Assembly (NCBI RefSeq): GCF_006345805.1
Contig: NC_043002.1
Span: forward strand, 95,108,001 to 95,172,000
Length of the DNA: 64,000 bases
Origin: Octopus sinensis
Taxonomy: Eukaryota
Direction of reading: 5' to 3'
Part shown: positions 29,124 through 43,826 of the stretch, in pieces
How positions within the stretch are numbered: position 1 is the first letter of the stretch
How the letters are laid out: every line of letters starts with the position of its first letter
Made by a program: the position numbers and the translations under genes
The notes under the pieces: model-generated
The model's input: the letters and a program-made list of their open reading frames with translations, nothing else
Told to the model about the DNA's origin: nothing
Database searches by the model: none

Positions 29124-29135
<12 letters not shown>
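28337..29135 (+). repeat. 418-bp direct tandem duplication bounded by (TA)n
   Basis: CACATAAATATTTTACATGCTGG at 28337 and 28755; copies appear identical. Confidence 0.95.
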
Positions 29136-29162
<27 letters not shown>

Positions 29163-30876
29163 CATGCAGAAATGCAACTGTTTTTCATATTGATTAAATT
29201 CAACTAGTAATTTACTATAGCAAAATACAACTAAATAGTTTGAAGTTTTGTAACTTTTTTTTTTAATTGCTGTTTTGCCTTTGGAAACTGCCTTTAAAAC
29301 TGCCTTAAAACTCAGTTGCTTGTAGCCCATTTCATATGAGTTGCTTTTAACAATTACACATAATTCTTTTTATTCATCCTAACAATTACACATAATTCAT
29401 TGAAAACTTAACAACCTGTATTGAATAAATTCAATAAACATCCATTCTGTACCATAAAACTATCTGTCTAGTAATATTGAAAAATTGTAACTGTTCTAGT
29501 TTTCCTTCCTCTACCCACAGCAATTAGATATGATTCAAAGTTGCGATCTTTTACAATAATGACTTCCAATCTTCTGTTCTTTAATTATTCCACTCTTCCA
29601 TTCTATTTCTTTGCTTTCAAATAATGTTGGCCTTTCTACATATTGTATCAGTCATTTTATCTTCCTAGGACACATTTGCTCAGCAATTCTAAATATCTAT
29701 TATTTGATAATTTGTCTAGTGAATATGTTCTAAAAAAACCACAAAAAAAAACTAACCCTTCTTGTCAATAAGTCCCGGTTTTGCATAGCTTGCTCTTCTT
29801 TTTTTCACATCAGCGAACTTTGATGCTCGGCACTTTCTTTCCTGATAAAAGATTCAATGCAGAGTAATTTTGCAACTATAAATGTGATGGTTCCACATCT
29901 GGGACATTTTTATTGTAACACCAACACTAATTATGATAACATTGAGGTAGATACATAGATATTAAGAGAGGCAAAACTATGATAAAAGCAAACAAATTTT
30001 TAAAAAAAGCAAGCACGAAGTCTATGTACTATACCAGGAAGAAAAGAAAGAAGTATCATAGATATTAAATTTAACCCACTATCATCATATGATATCCTTT
30101 AGTTATCCTTTAGTCAGAGTGGAGTAAGGGCAGTGCTCAAGAAACATTTTGTGAACTCCAAAGCTGAAAAGAGGAAATTATACTCAGACCAGACTCAACT
30201 GCTTGCATTAGAGAAGACTCTCTATGCACTCAAAGACGTATCAGAATCAGGTGATTGGATGCTGATGCTTTGATACAGTTGACTGGATATTCAGCCTGTT
30301 TTAGTAACAGCACTTTTTGACAGTGACAGTAAACACACACACACGAGCACAGATGCATGCAAACACAGAAATGTGCATATGTAGATTTAAAAAGTGAGAG
30401 AGAGGAAGAGAGACATTACAATTTATTTATTTAACTGGCACTCTGTTGGCTATGACGATGAAGGTTCCAGTTGATCCAATCAACAGAACAGCCTGCTCAT
30501 GAAATTAACGTGCAAATAGTTGAGCACTCCACAGACACATGTACCCTTAATGTAGTTCTCAGGGAGATTCAACATGATACAGGTGCTGCTCACTTTTGCC
30601 AGATGAGTGAACTGGAACAATATGAAATAAAGTCTCTTACTCAAGGACACTATGAGCTTCCAAGAATTGAACTCATGACCTTTTGACCATGAGGCGGATA
30701 CCCTAACCACTAAGCCATGTGCTTTCATCTGTTGATTGAACACAGCTGACATAAACATTTTCCCTCTCCTCATACTCATAGAGAAATATGCTCACACATG
30801 AGAGAGAGAGAGGGATTAGAACCGTTGTTGTCAAATAAATCAACATCAAATCAGTGGCACCATATAGGTGTCAACA

Positions 30877-31246
30877 GTGGAGGCGCAATGGCCCAGTGGT
30901 TAGGGCAGCAGACTCGCGGTTTCGATTCCCAGACCGGGCGTTGTGAGTGTTTATTGAGCGAAAACACCTAAAGCTCCACGAGGCTCCGGCAGGGGATGGT
31001 GGTGATCCCTGCTGTACTCTTTCACCACAACTTTCTCTCACTCTTACTTCCTGTTTCTGTTGTACCTGTATTTCAAGGGGCCGGCCTTGTCACTCTCTGT
31101 GTCACGCTGAATGTCCCCGAGAACTACGTTAAGGGTACACGTGTCTGTGGAGTGCTCAGCCACTTACACGTTAATTTCACGAGCAGGCTGTTCCGTTGAT
31201 TCGGATCAACCGGAACCCTCGGCGTCGTAACCGACGGAGTGCTTCC
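30877..31246 (+). mobile_element. Young tRNA-headed SINE (family D) with 13-bp TSD; diverged relatives 25040-25355, 30433-30725(-), 34735-35087(-)
   Basis: TSD ATAGGTGTCAACA at 30864 and 31247; A box TGGCCCAGTGG, B box GTTTCGATTCC; CpGs retained. Confidence 0.85.
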
Positions 31247-31768
31247 ATAGGTGTCAACAAAACTGCTATACCAAAACACCTCCTACCCAAGGATCATGCA
31301 TGCAGTAGTAATGTTAAACTGTGCTACAGATTAAAAGGAACCGGATTCTTGTTTCACTAACTACTTCTATATTGTCTTTTTGTCTTCGTCAGTCTTTAAG
31401 CTTCATCCCTCTGTTTTTTCTTATTTGTCAAACATCAAATCAGTAATTGGCACTGGGTCTTCTTTTTCCAATGATGACTTGCTATTCTACCTTTGATTAT
31501 TTACTCTTTTACTTGTTTCAGTCATCTGACTGTGACCATGCTGGAGCACCACCTTTAGTCGAGCAAATCGACCCAAGGACTTATTCTTTGTAAGCCTAGT
31601 TTCTTATTTTATCGGTCTCTTTTGCCGAACCGCTAATGTAACGAGGACGTAAACACACCAGCATCAGTTGTCAAGCGATGTTGGAGGGACAAACACAGAC
31701 ACACAAACATACACACACACACACATACATAATATATATATATATATTTATATATATATACATATATA

Positions 31769-31821
<53 letters not shown>

Positions 31822-34499
31822 TATATATATGTATACACATATATATATATATATACACATATATACAACGGGCTTCTTTCAGTTTCCGTCTGCCAAATCC
31901 ACTCACAAGGCTTTGATTGGCCCTAGGCTATAGTAGAAGACACTTACCCAAGGTGCCACGCAGTGGGACTGAACCCAGAACCATGTGGTTGGTAAGCAAG
32001 CTACTTACCACACAGCCACTCCTACACCTAATTTACATTTAAATTATTTTTGTTCTTCCACCATATTTTACCAGAGCTTTCTCCTTTTGTTTTCATTCTA
32101 ATACATCTGGTTCTTCTTTTATTCCAAGCTTATCTTTCTTCTTTCATTTGTGAATCTTATTTCCCTATTCTTAACCTGTTGCTTTTATTTTTAACCTTGT
32201 GTCAAATACTAAATTGAAACAATGTTTGACTCTTGTGGAAGCAGAAACTAGAAGAATGTTGGTTTAAAAGTCAAAGGAAAGTGTCTTTTGAGTACCACAT
32301 ATATATAAATATATATATCACTTTATGCAAGTGCATACATACACATGCACACACAGACACTTGACATGTATACTCACATGTTTTTTTCATATATGTACAC
32401 ACATGCATACATGCATTATAATGTAATCAAGGTGAAATCATCAACAATGTCGATGTATAACATTGCCTTAACTTCCACTTCTCCAACACCCACCATCTTA
32501 TTGCCGATGCCTTCTTAATTCTCACCACATAATTACTCCTACCTTCTTAACTACCACCCTACTAAACCACCCCTGCCCCCCTAACGACCACAGCCTCATT
32601 ACCCCCACCTTTCTAACACATGCAAGTGTCTATCTCTAATGCCCATCACCCTATTGCTTCACCTCCTTAATCACCTTTGCTACTCTCTACCTAATTAGTC
32701 TTGCTTTTAACCACCACCACCACCATCATCACCTTATTATTGCCACCAAGATATTAAGATTGATGGGAATACCTGATTTGATGATATTTCAGTCTTGAAT
32801 TGTTCTATTTCCCACTGTCACACCCTGTGAATTGAATCATATTTCTTCTACTGCCAGTTTTTTTAGGCCCTACTTTTTTTTACCCTTCTGGCTAAACCTT
32901 AAAATGAATGTCATCTGCCCTCAAAATTTGAGTGTTCATATTGATTTAAGGGCTATCACAATAGCTTTTGAAAAGACAGACATATATTCTGCCTCTTGAT
33001 TATTCCAATGATTCCTAGCCAAAGAAAATATGATACTACAAAATCTGCAGCTTTCAATCATATTAACAATGATTTTGAAACTGTACAAGCAAGCAAAAGT
33101 CTTGAAGTAGATTATAAGCACCTAATTTAAAGCCTTCTCACTAGTTTTACCAAAATTTCTTACATAAATGGCATTCTTTCAATCTCTTCTTCTAAAGATC
33201 TGATAAACCTTTAATTCTGTATTTGTTTAGCTTTTCATCAATTTGTTACCCACTTCAAGTCCTTTTCAACTATTTTGCAAATGCAGCAATTTGTATTTCT
33301 TCACTCTCTTTTGAATCCAACATTCTTTTCATTTGTAATATCAGGAATTACCATTAGCTATCACTTTCTGCCAATAATTAACGTCTGATACTCATACTGT
33401 TTAATAGCATCAAATAACAGATTTTACTTGTTTCCAACAAGAACTGTGCAACATTACTTCTTACTTCTTAAATATTGGCTAGACCAGAAACAGGAAACCT
33501 TTTATATATTTGAAGACCACCACATTGCATTAAATGTAATCTGAGACAGGACAGATTGGAGAAAATTTTATTAAAAATACAGGAAAATGCAATTAGATTT
33601 ATTGTGAAAATGTAATTAAGACATAAAAATATTAAATGACCTTGTAATTATTTAAACACACACACTCTATCATCATCATTGTCATCATCATCATCATCAA
33701 TATCATCATCCATTTTAATATAGTTTACCATGCTTGCATGTTTTGAATGGGCTGTCAGAGTTCGAATGATTTCTTATCCAGAACTGTGCCAAGTGAAAAT
33801 GTAGTGCCATGTAAAAGTGCCCATGTGGTGCCACATAAAACCACCCACGCAGTGACACATAAAAGTGCCCCATGTGGCACCATGTAAAACACCTGTGTGG
33901 TGCCTTGTAAAAGCATCCAGCACACTCTGTAAAGTGGTTGGTGTTAGGAAGGGCATCCAGCCATAGAAACTATGCCAAAGACTGGAGTCTGCTGCAGTCC
34001 CCCAGCTTGCCAGCTCTGGTCACACTGTCCAACCCATGCCAGCATGGACAACGGGCATTAAATGATGATGATGAATTAATGCCTTCCTTGATGGATCAGA
34101 CATGTGTGTGTGCACGCATGGGCGCATGTTTTATGCTAAATCCAGACATCTTTATGGAGGCCCCATTTAAGATTTGCAAATGACCCATGTTCTCCACCCT
34201 GGGTTGAACCCATTATTTCTTTATTGTGTTATAACACCTCTAATAATCTTTTTGGGAATTTTTGTAAGAGACAAGTATACAAATGTGGCTCAGCAACTGA
34301 TTGCGCCTGAAGTATTTTAACCCTAAACAGGAATGTTAGCATTTGTGATGTAGTTTTTGTGATATTCTATGGGTTGAGTTTGAGAAATGAGGTCATTAGA
34401 GATTATGAGAGCCTAAAGCATATGTAACAACTCTGAGAGGTTTAGTTGTATGTTGTTTATAACTATAGAGTGAGATAGATAATATTTCCTTGAGATATT

Positions 34500-35870
34500 T
34501 AATAATTACAACTTTGACCATATCCTTTGTGAAAGAGTTTCTCAAAAACCTCTGTTCATGAAAACATTGTATATTTAGCTTGATATGTTATGGTTGTGTA
34601 TAGATGATGCCTGTATGTGGAAGGATGAGGAGGATTGAAATGCAGAACCATATGTGCATTGTGAGAAACATAACTATATTTGTGTTCAGCAAATTTAATA
34701 GAACCTCATTGACTTGAGCTGCTGTGATAGTGATCTAGAAAGATAAAGGTTAAAGACCCTCTTTGGTCATGAATGACCATGGGATTACACCTCGAAAGTT
34801 CCCCTCCAAGGCACAAGTCTGGCTAAAGTTGTTTATAGAAGACCAGCAGTCGCCCATGCATACCATCCTCCTCTCTCCATGCCACCGATGTTATCCAAAG
34901 GAAAGACAATCACCAATACAGCTTGGTACCAGTGGCATCACAACTCATTTCTACAATTGAGTGAACTGGAACAACATGAAATAAAGTGTCTTGCTCAAGA
35001 ACACAATACACAGCCTGGTCTGGGAATTGAACACACTACCTCATGATTGTGAACCCAACACTCTAACCATTGAGCCATGTGCCTTCATGATATTGATGTG
35101 TGTGCAAGATTGTAGGTCTAAGAACAGAGATAGATGATCATGGATTTGACACTTAACTAAACGGTTATCATGTGAGGCCTGGTTGTTGTCTTTGTTGATA
35201 TGAAATATATTATTGGTTTTGCTAAAGTTCTCAAGAGTGAAGGATCACTAAGGAGTGACATAGGAGAAAAAGAAACTAAAAGGTTGACTTTGCCTTTCAT
35301 CCTTTTGGGGGTCGATAAATTAAGTACCAGTTGTGTACTGGGGTCGATCTAATCGACTGGCCCCCTCCCGCAAAATTTCGGGTCATGTGCCTAGAGTAGA
35401 AAAGAATATTTAAGGGATTGGAAAAAAAAAAAATTAAATTAAGTTATTGGCAGTCAAATTCAGGGAAGTTATTCTCTTGGACACTGTAACACACTGTAGT
35501 GTGTTTCTAAATATTGAGGCAGAGATCTGTAAAGAGAGTGAGAGATTGCAGAATTGGTGTAAATAGGAGTTAGGTCTCATATGTACAGTTTGGTAGTGAT
35601 GGAAGAAGACACTGCCAGGACTGGTCACATTTAGTGTGATCTAAAGAATTTTTGTATGTCGGCTGTCTGTACATGGTGAAGAGATTGGGAACATAGTGAA
35701 GGTGAGTCTGGAATGGGTTTATGCTGAGTATGTGCAGTACGAGGTTGAAAGCAAATGTGGAGAGTTTTTTTAGCAATTGCTCTGCTAACAGAGCCATTTT
35801 GGTTGAGGACTAGTGGTCGAAGGTTCCTTTAGAGATCAGTAAAGATTTTCTAGAGAAGAGATTGAATGAG
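34500..35870 (-). pseudogene. Highly decayed PLE remnant, interrupted by two SINEs
   Basis: HILSINP..PNLFTMYRQPTYKNSLDH (linker-like) and KFAEHKYSYVSHNAHMVLHFNPPH (like RFxEH..PVAxHFN). Confidence 0.4.
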
Positions 35871-36764
35871 TTCTCTAATTGGGGAAGCGGAAGTTACAGG
35901 TTGAACAATATCAGAAAGTTTCCCTTGTTTTTCTGATGGCGATCAATGCAATAATGAGTGAAATTTTGCATGTGTTGTGGTTGTTTAGTCTCAGATCAAC
36001 CTTTATTGATCAAATCTATGATCAAAGGTATTCTATGACCATCCCATCCTTTTGGGGATATTTAGTAGTATATTTATCTAACGTGTCCTTCTTTGATTAT
36101 GATTTGAAGGAAATTTAGCTGCTATTTCCAGCAGGTCATATGACTGTGTACAGGTTCTTTTGTTTTTGTTTGTGCTGGTAATCATGTGACAGTGGTAGGT
36201 GACTTATTCCTGAGAATATTGTTTTCCCAGCATTGTTAGTGCTTCATATACATCAATTTCATTCATTCTTATTATGTCAGTGTTGATCAAATTAGTAAAA
36301 GCATCATTCCTATACTTATAGTTTACATTTGTTTTGCATATTAATATATTTACATTTAATTTATAGCAATGTAAATTTTGTGTCAATATAATTCTCTCCC
36401 TCGTATCATCATCATTTTACATAGACTTTTACCATGCTTGGATTTGTTGGCTGAGTCTTCTCCTTCACAGTGTCTCACCATTTGATGCAGTGTTTGTCAT
36501 CTTTATGAGGTTCAGACTCTCAAGGTCGGCCTTCACCACCTCTTCCTATGTTTTTCTTTACATGATACTTCCACTTGAATTGGCATTTTTTCATCAAACT
36601 ATCATCATGCATCTATATCAGTGTAGTCTTTCTCTTACACCCAGTTTTTTTCTCAGCACATTTGTTTATATTATTTCATGCATACTAACACTCTTTCTTT
36701 TGACTCTATCTAACATTTTGTCACCTACATGATATTGTTCCTTGCTTCTACTTTCTCCCAATTG

Positions 36765-37262
36765 TGAAGACCTGTTAAGGCAAGTGATATCGAAATCAAA
36801 TTCGATGACTGGCATCCATGCTAGTGGAGCACTAAGAGCACCATCCGAGCGTGATCGTTGCCAGAACAGCTAACTGGCTTTCGTGCCGGTGGCACTAAAA
36901 AGTACCATTTGAGCGTGATCATTACCAGCATCACTTTACTGGCACGTGAAAGAAAAACATCTGAGTGAGGTCGTTGCCAGTGCTGCTGGACTGACTCCTG
37001 TGCAGCTGGCATGTAAAAAATACCATTTGAGCGTGGCCGTTGCCAGTACCACTTGACTGGCCCTTATGCTGATGGCACGTAAAAGCATCCGCTACACTCT
37101 CAGAGTGGTTGGTGTTAGGAAGGGTATCCAGCTGTAGAAACTCTGCCAGAGCAGATTGGAGCCTGGTGCAGCCATCTGGTTCGCCAGTCCTCAGTCAAAT
37201 CATCCAACCCATGCTAGTATGGAAAGCCGACGTTAAACGATAATGATGATGATGATGATGAT
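36765..37262 (+). mobile_element. RTE-type LINE 3' UTR repeat with (GAT)n tail; copies ~2100-2300, 4370-4665, 11010-11297, 19940-20303, 22755-22930(-), 28370-28687, 28790-29105, 33800-34072, 38280-38525, 55392-55572, 55795-56293, 57068-57252, 63450-63862
   Basis: Conserved GGTTGGCGTTAGGAAGGGCATCCAGCTGTAGAAAC...AGCATGGAAAGCGGACGTTAAACGATGATGATG; longer copies begin with a decayed RTE-like C-terminus (GFTEAVTSD.., DQDTWHLAVLKKT). Confidence 0.8.
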
Positions 37263-38229
37263 TTCCAAACCTAGCTTTTAGCATTTATGTTTCTATCTAT
37301 TGTTCCATTCCAGCACCATGTTGCCTTTCATCTGGTTCGTACCTTGCTCCAGACTTGGTCTTTGTCCCATGCATCAACTTGTATTTCTTTCAACTTACAT
37401 CTAGCAGATTGATATTTCAGTTTCCATACCTTGCATTTTCAAATTGTATTGTGCATCTGTCTAGCTTTTACCATGAGGTCACTCATGATCATAATGATCA
37501 TCATTTGACCTTCCCTTTTCCATGGGTTGGAAGGTTCGACATGACCTGATGAGCCAGGGGGCTGCGCCAATCACCATTGTCTGCTTTGGCATGGTTTCTA
37601 CAGTTGATGCCCTTCCCAATCCCAATCACTTCATAGATTATACTATATGCTTTTCCATAGCACCTGCACTGGTGAGGTCACCAAGTACCTCACAAGACAA
37701 AACCCCATTCAACTGAGTGAGGTATACTTTTGAGGGATATGAAAGTATGATAGAGGGACAGGAGCCAGTGTCTTGCTGAAGAGGTAGATACATGGTTTCC
37801 CCCTAAATGTAAACAGAGAGAGGGGAAAAAAGAAAGAGATATGAGATCAAAGAACAAAATGAATATGAGAGAGAATAAGGATATAGGAGCAGAAAGATGG
37901 ACGGGTAGTCTATATTGAGTGATACGTTCTTTATCATGCATGATATTTAATTAACTGCCTATACCATTTCCTGTTGAGTATAAAGTGTATTTCACTTGAA
38001 TTTTCGCGTTAATTGTAGGTTCTCATATAGGTGAACTGTTTCCTGAATTTAGAGTTACAAATGGCCTGATCATTTGCATCATGGAACTTCAAGAGCCTCT
38101 GATGCTGCCCAATATATCCATTAAAGTATGAGCTGTGATAGCAAGGTTATTTATCTATTGCCAAAGTAATTTTAAAAATGGCCTCCAAGAAAGTCCTTTT
38201 TAAGCCTGTCAGTCCTAATTGTGCTGCAC

Positions 38230-38279
<50 letters not shown>

Positions 38280-38537
38280 AGGTGACACGTAAAATGCACC
38301 AATCCGACTGTGGCCGATGCCAGCCTCGCCTGGCTCCAGTGCAGGTGGCACGTAAAAAGCACCCACTACACTCACGGAGTGGTTGGCGTTAGGAAGGGCA
38401 TCCAGCTGTAGAAACATTGCCAGATAAGACCGGAGCCTGGTGCAGCCTTCTGGCTTCCCAGATCCCCGGTCGAACCGTCCAACCCATGCTAGCATGGAGA
38501 ACGGACGTTAAACGATGATGATGATTATATATATATG

Positions 38538-38569
<32 letters not shown>

Positions 38570-38577
38570 ATATATAT

Positions 38578-38676
<99 letters not shown>

Positions 38677-39069
38677 CTGTCATATTGCCTACGACTAGTC
38701 CAAGTTTAATTATTCAGTAACATATTGTGACTACTTCAATTATTTTATTCATTTTTTTGCCAATGATATGCCTACTCCAACCACCCTAACTCTGTTACTC
38801 ACCTAGAAGATTTTGTAGTGTGTTCCTTATGCATTTTATTAGGTGTGTAGCAACACTGGGATGGGTATCAGTATTGTCAGATTTATATTTACAAAAGTAG
38901 GGTTGTAAAAAACTGAAATTCAGTCAGATATATTTTATTTGTACATAAATTACTTATGATATCAGACACAACTTTATTATTCTCGCAAAACAAACTAATT
39001 TTGAACTCTATATGATATTAATGGTATCTTCATATGAGGAGGTGGGGGTTCATGTTTTATTTCTTTGTC

Positions 39070-39094
39070 TTATTATTATTACTATTATTATTAC

Positions 39095-39143
<49 letters not shown>

Positions 39144-39661
39144 TTCTTTGTCTTTGATAAAGTTCTTATCAGAATTCTTGAGAATTCTTTGGAAACTTGT
39201 ATTTATTATTCAACACATATTTGCATATTACATTTTTCTCACCTCTATTTCTCTTATTATTTTTTTTTTTCTCTCTGTTATGATAATATTTTCTTTTACT
39301 TATCTTCTCTCTATTTCTGTCCATTCTTCTCTGTTAATATTATTGCTTCCTTTTGTTTTCTCTTGCACTGTTTATTGTTATTTTCAAATTATTTATTGTT
39401 CTTATCATGTCTTATTTTTATCCATTCTATATTGCATCGTAAATTTTTCATTTTCTTTTTTTATTTCTGCTTTTTCTCTTTTTTCCATCTATCATTCCTC
39501 TTACTCTCTCTTTCACTCTAGACATTTCTTTCATTTTACTCTTAACTCTCTGTCTTTTCTTCACTCTTCTCTCTTTCTCAGTCACCTCCTCTCATTTTCC
39601 TCCTCTTCTTAACTTGCATGTGTGCATATGTGTGTTTTTGTCACACACATTCACACTCATG

Positions 39662-39692
<31 letters not shown>

Positions 39693-39720
39693 TCTCTATC
39701 TGTCTCACACACACACATAC
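39070..39720. repeat. (TTA)n, pyrimidine-rich tract and (CA)n
   Basis: Low complexity; source of Leu/Phe-rich pseudo-ORFs. Confidence 0.8.
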
Positions 39721-42700
39721 ACTCAAACTTTTCTAATGTAAGATTTCCTCTTATTATACCTTTCAAAATAGTGTTCATATAAATTTTTATTGAGCAATTT
39801 TTAAAATTTTACTAATCTAACACTGACGATACAAACTAGAAATAATTGCTCAAAATCTGATGTTACAATAACTTCTTTTGGAAGCCATCTCATGGCTTTA
39901 CAGAAACTGTAAAGAAAATAAGTTATTAACTGTTAATACTGAATGGCAAATCAGGATAATGCTGTAACTAATTAGCAATGGAAATACTAGTTCTTGTGTG
40001 TTTATTAATATTAACCGTTTTCATTTCAAACTGTCTGAAACCACTCTTTCCAGTTTAAAGATGATCTAACTTAAAACCTATCAAAATTTCATGGTATTTA
40101 TGTCCAAACAGCAGCTTAATAATAACTATGTTATTTTGCTAAATTCTTCATTAGTCCACAAATTAATTGCGACAAAGGCAGTGTATTTCAACAGAAATGT
40201 ATTTACAAAAAAATCAAAGAATATGCTGACAAATTGCAATTTAGGTATACACTCATTACCACCCTATCAGTTCAGAATATTGACATTAACTCGTTGTTGG
40301 ATATGAAGTTAAGAACAAGCTACTGTCTTTGGTGGGAAGATCTCCATTATCACCTTGATTTCAAAGTAGATTATTCCTTATTTGCTGAAGTACCAATACT
40401 GTGAAAATATTATCAGGACATTTGTAAGGGGGGTGGGGAACGGCCATAATGATGAATTTATAAAATTTTTTCTCTCATTTCTTGCATGCCAACAGAAAAT
40501 AGACCTGTTCAGATCTTCTTGTTAGCATAATGCAGAAATAATTATGCAGCATGTAGTTTGGGATAACATTTCTGAGGCAGATTTTAGCCACCCACTTGGT
40601 GACCTAAAATAGCACATGGCAAAAAAGTGGAATTAAACTATAATCTGCATTACCCTACATCATTCTCCCTTCTAGATTAATGGGAGCACAGCAATCAATA
40701 AAGATCAGTAAAAATAACTACAGGTACTGAAAACTGAATGAAGATGTAAAGTTACCAACAGAAATAAATGTTAAAGATAATGAGCTGGCTAAGAGATCCA
40801 AATAATTTTAGCCAATCATATATGCATACATAAGGTGCAAATGAGTGGGCTATGTGATATGTGCATCAGTATATGCAAGTTAGTATGCATTGTGTGTATT
40901 TCAGCTGCGAGTGAGGTCTGCATCTATGCATGTGCACAAAAAAAGTAGGTTTGAAAAATGTGCTTCCATACATGTCTGTAGAAAATTGATGAGCATTCAT
41001 ATAATAATAGTAGTTTGCAAAAAAAAATACACATTTTATTTTTGTGATAATATGTGCTCTCAATGAATACTGTGTAGTGACAAATACAGTTGGAAAAACT
41101 TCTGCTGTTCAGCTGCATAACTTAAATCATTTCGTGTATTGTTTATGCAATCATATCAATGTGTGTTTGTGTAAATCAAATCAAAATTGAAGACATAATA
41201 ATCCACCTGAAAGATAGAAAATAGGAAATATGTGTGTTATTTGGTGGAATACTATGAAAAAACATGCTTAAAAAAATTGAACTTATTAATTACAATTTAA
41301 AGTAAAAACATGTCTTCCATTGCTAGGAAGACTTAACAAAATATTAAAACTGTGCAAGATAGTGTTTTCATGTAAAGCAGGAATTACAACCATTATTTAT
41401 TTCTAACATTCTTTAGAGAAATGGCGATTCCACATTTGTAGCTTTTTCTCTCTTTTAGACATATATAAGGGAAGGTGACATTCCTGTGTTACCATTGACT
41501 TAGTCGATATTCTTAATGACTGGTAATTGCTATGTTGTAGTTGGCTACAAGTTGCATTGAAGTGGTAATGGAGACATACATGTAGCCTCTGATATTACAT
41601 TATTGTGTTAGAAAACAGCTTCCACCTGTGGTAAATAGTATATTTAATAAGACTGGAATTAAATTACTTAAAAGCGTACGTCATCATCATCATCATAATC
41701 TATTATCATCATTTTCATGTTCACTTGTCCATGCTTGTATGTGTCAGATGGAATTTGTTGAGGCAGATTTCATACTTTTGGATGCTCATCCGGCTGCCAA
41801 CCATCACCTCTTTCCCAGCCAAATAATATTTCCCCATGCTTGGACATGTTTATACAGAAGATTGGAAATGCTTCAATGCTGGCGACACTCACAACTATCA
41901 TGTGATGTCATGCCAAGGAGGACACAAAAGCACACACACACACACTTACACATGCAATGGGCCTTTTTCAGTTCCGTCTACCTAAAGCTCTCACAAGCCT
42001 TTGGTCAGCCCAAAGCTATAATAAAAGACACTTGCCCAAGGTGTTATGCAGTGGAACTGAACCCAAGACCATGCATTTGGAAAGCAAACTTTTTATAGCC
42101 GTGCCAGTGCCCTACAGCCAATGAAAAAAAGAAGAGCTTGAAAATTTTACATTTGTTATCAGAAGCAAAGCTTATTTGATAATCAAAATATGCAAACACA
42201 TGCTGTGCTATCCAATGGGAAACATATGTCTTTAACTAAGACAATGTTGGTTTACTTGAAAGCCTTAGTGCCATCAGTTTTACACTTGTTTGAACATTGG
42301 AACCACCAATTATCTAATATTAAAAGCATGTTTGTAAGGATGTAGCAATAATGCATTAGTTTTCCTTCTATTCTCTATATATCAACAGAAAATAGGCTTC
42401 TTCCAATCTTGTTGGTAGAATAATGCCATAATACTTATACAGTGCATGTTTTGAGTACAGGATTAGCATACAGCATAGAATATAACATTAAAGATATACC
42501 AGTGAAAAATAATAAACTTGGTTGTACTATATAATATTCATATGTTTAATATGTTATAGAATATATATATATGCATGTGTGTGCATATGTGTGTAAAACA
42601 TTAGTTTTTTGTTCATGTTCTACAAAGACCACTGGATAAGGTATGTAGTGAATGCTCATATCAGGCAAATAATTTGTAGAGTTTAAAGTGTACAATCAGA

Positions 42701-43029
42701 AAAACAACCATCAGAAAGAGAAAAATCAGTTAAAATCTATTTTAAACTGATAAAATAGTATCCTATTGACACTGATACTGAAGGCTAACTACTAGCTACA
42801 TGACAGCTGAACCATGGCTGTTGATGGCAGCTTAGTGCAGGTAATATAGTTGTGTGTTCTCTTGAATAACCAAAAATTGGCTCACAAACTCCCAGTCTCT
42901 GATTTGCTGAATAACACATTGAAAATTGAAAATTAATGCATGGTAAACAATGGAACTAAATGTTGTACATTGTTGAATATATGATACCATATATATGAAA
43001 GTAACACATGTTATTATCATTATTATCAT

Positions 43030-43500
43030 TTTTTGTCTGGTAGCCTTAGAAAAAGAGATTATGTGGTTGATCAGATTGAAAGGGCTGAAGACAGATACTT
43101 TCCTCTTTAGCCAAGTCCTCATCAATTTTTTCAAGTTTTACTTGTAAAGGAAAGTAAGGTTAGAAAAGGAAATGCAACATCTCAACAATTTTGTTAAAAG
43201 GTAGGTGAATACTGCAAAATTGGTCTAAGTGAATAGGCCTACACTAAACATATGTCTAGATTAATGGAGATCAATGTAAAGAAGGCACTTGCCCTGGTGG
43301 TCTAGACAGCTGTGGTTTTCCAGTGTTTTCACAAGCAGGCCTAGGAAGGCTCCCTCTTTTGAGGAATTATTCATCATTAGAATTTATTTATCTCTGTTTT
43401 TCTACTTTTTACATGCTTCTTTATGTAACCCTTCATTGTATTGTCCTCTACCACTGCCAACATATTTTTGTAAGCCCTTAGTGGTAAATAATGCATTATT
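43030..43500 (+). mobile_element. Older copy of the same LINE 3' end
   Basis: TTGAAAGGGCTGAAGACAGATACTTTCCTCTTT..CCTCATCAATTTTTTCAAG matches 45361-45420. Confidence 0.7.
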
Positions 43501-43599
43501 ATTATATGAAAACTCAGAGCTTATTTTGCTGGGTATGATGGAAGGTGTCAGCTGTCCACAGCCAGCAAACTAAAGTGATACTTGATTACTGGTCATGCT

Positions 43600-43785
43600 T
43601 CAAGAACCTGTGAAGAATTCTTGCAGTTCCAAGGTGTTCTGCTTTTACATTTGCACCGGTCTTATTTGCTATGTTGGTAGTTGAGTGCTGATACTTCCAG
43701 GTGCACCAATTACTATTGGTATCATGTCTACTCTCTTCATTGACCACATCCTTTGCATTTCCCACATCAAATCATCATAGTGTAC
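43600..43785 (-). mobile_element. R4/Dong-like (RLE) LINE C-terminal fragment
   Basis: YDDLMWEMQRMWSMKRVDMIPIVIGAPGSI...LGTARIL, like KYxDL..IPVVIGALG..LLGTARIL; beside TAA-type repeats. Confidence 0.7.
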
Positions 43786-43826
43786 TATTATTATTACTAC
43801 TCGTATTATTATAATAAGACAGTAAG

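Noticed and set aside
30877-30940. tRNA gene
   Set aside because: tRNA-like head of a SINE; no full cloverleaf; TSD-flanked
36820-37085. CRISPR-like repeat-spacer pattern
   Set aside because: Eukaryotic context, degenerate units with related spacers, part of a dispersed retroelement, no cas genes
39012-39612. Long hydrophobic ORFs (169 and 192 aa)
   Set aside because: Low-complexity pyrimidine tract that lacks stops by composition
41100-41230. Strong - strand splice acceptor near 41207; isolated donors at 6210(-) and 21452(+)
   Set aside because: Isolated signals without convincing partner sites or a long open frame
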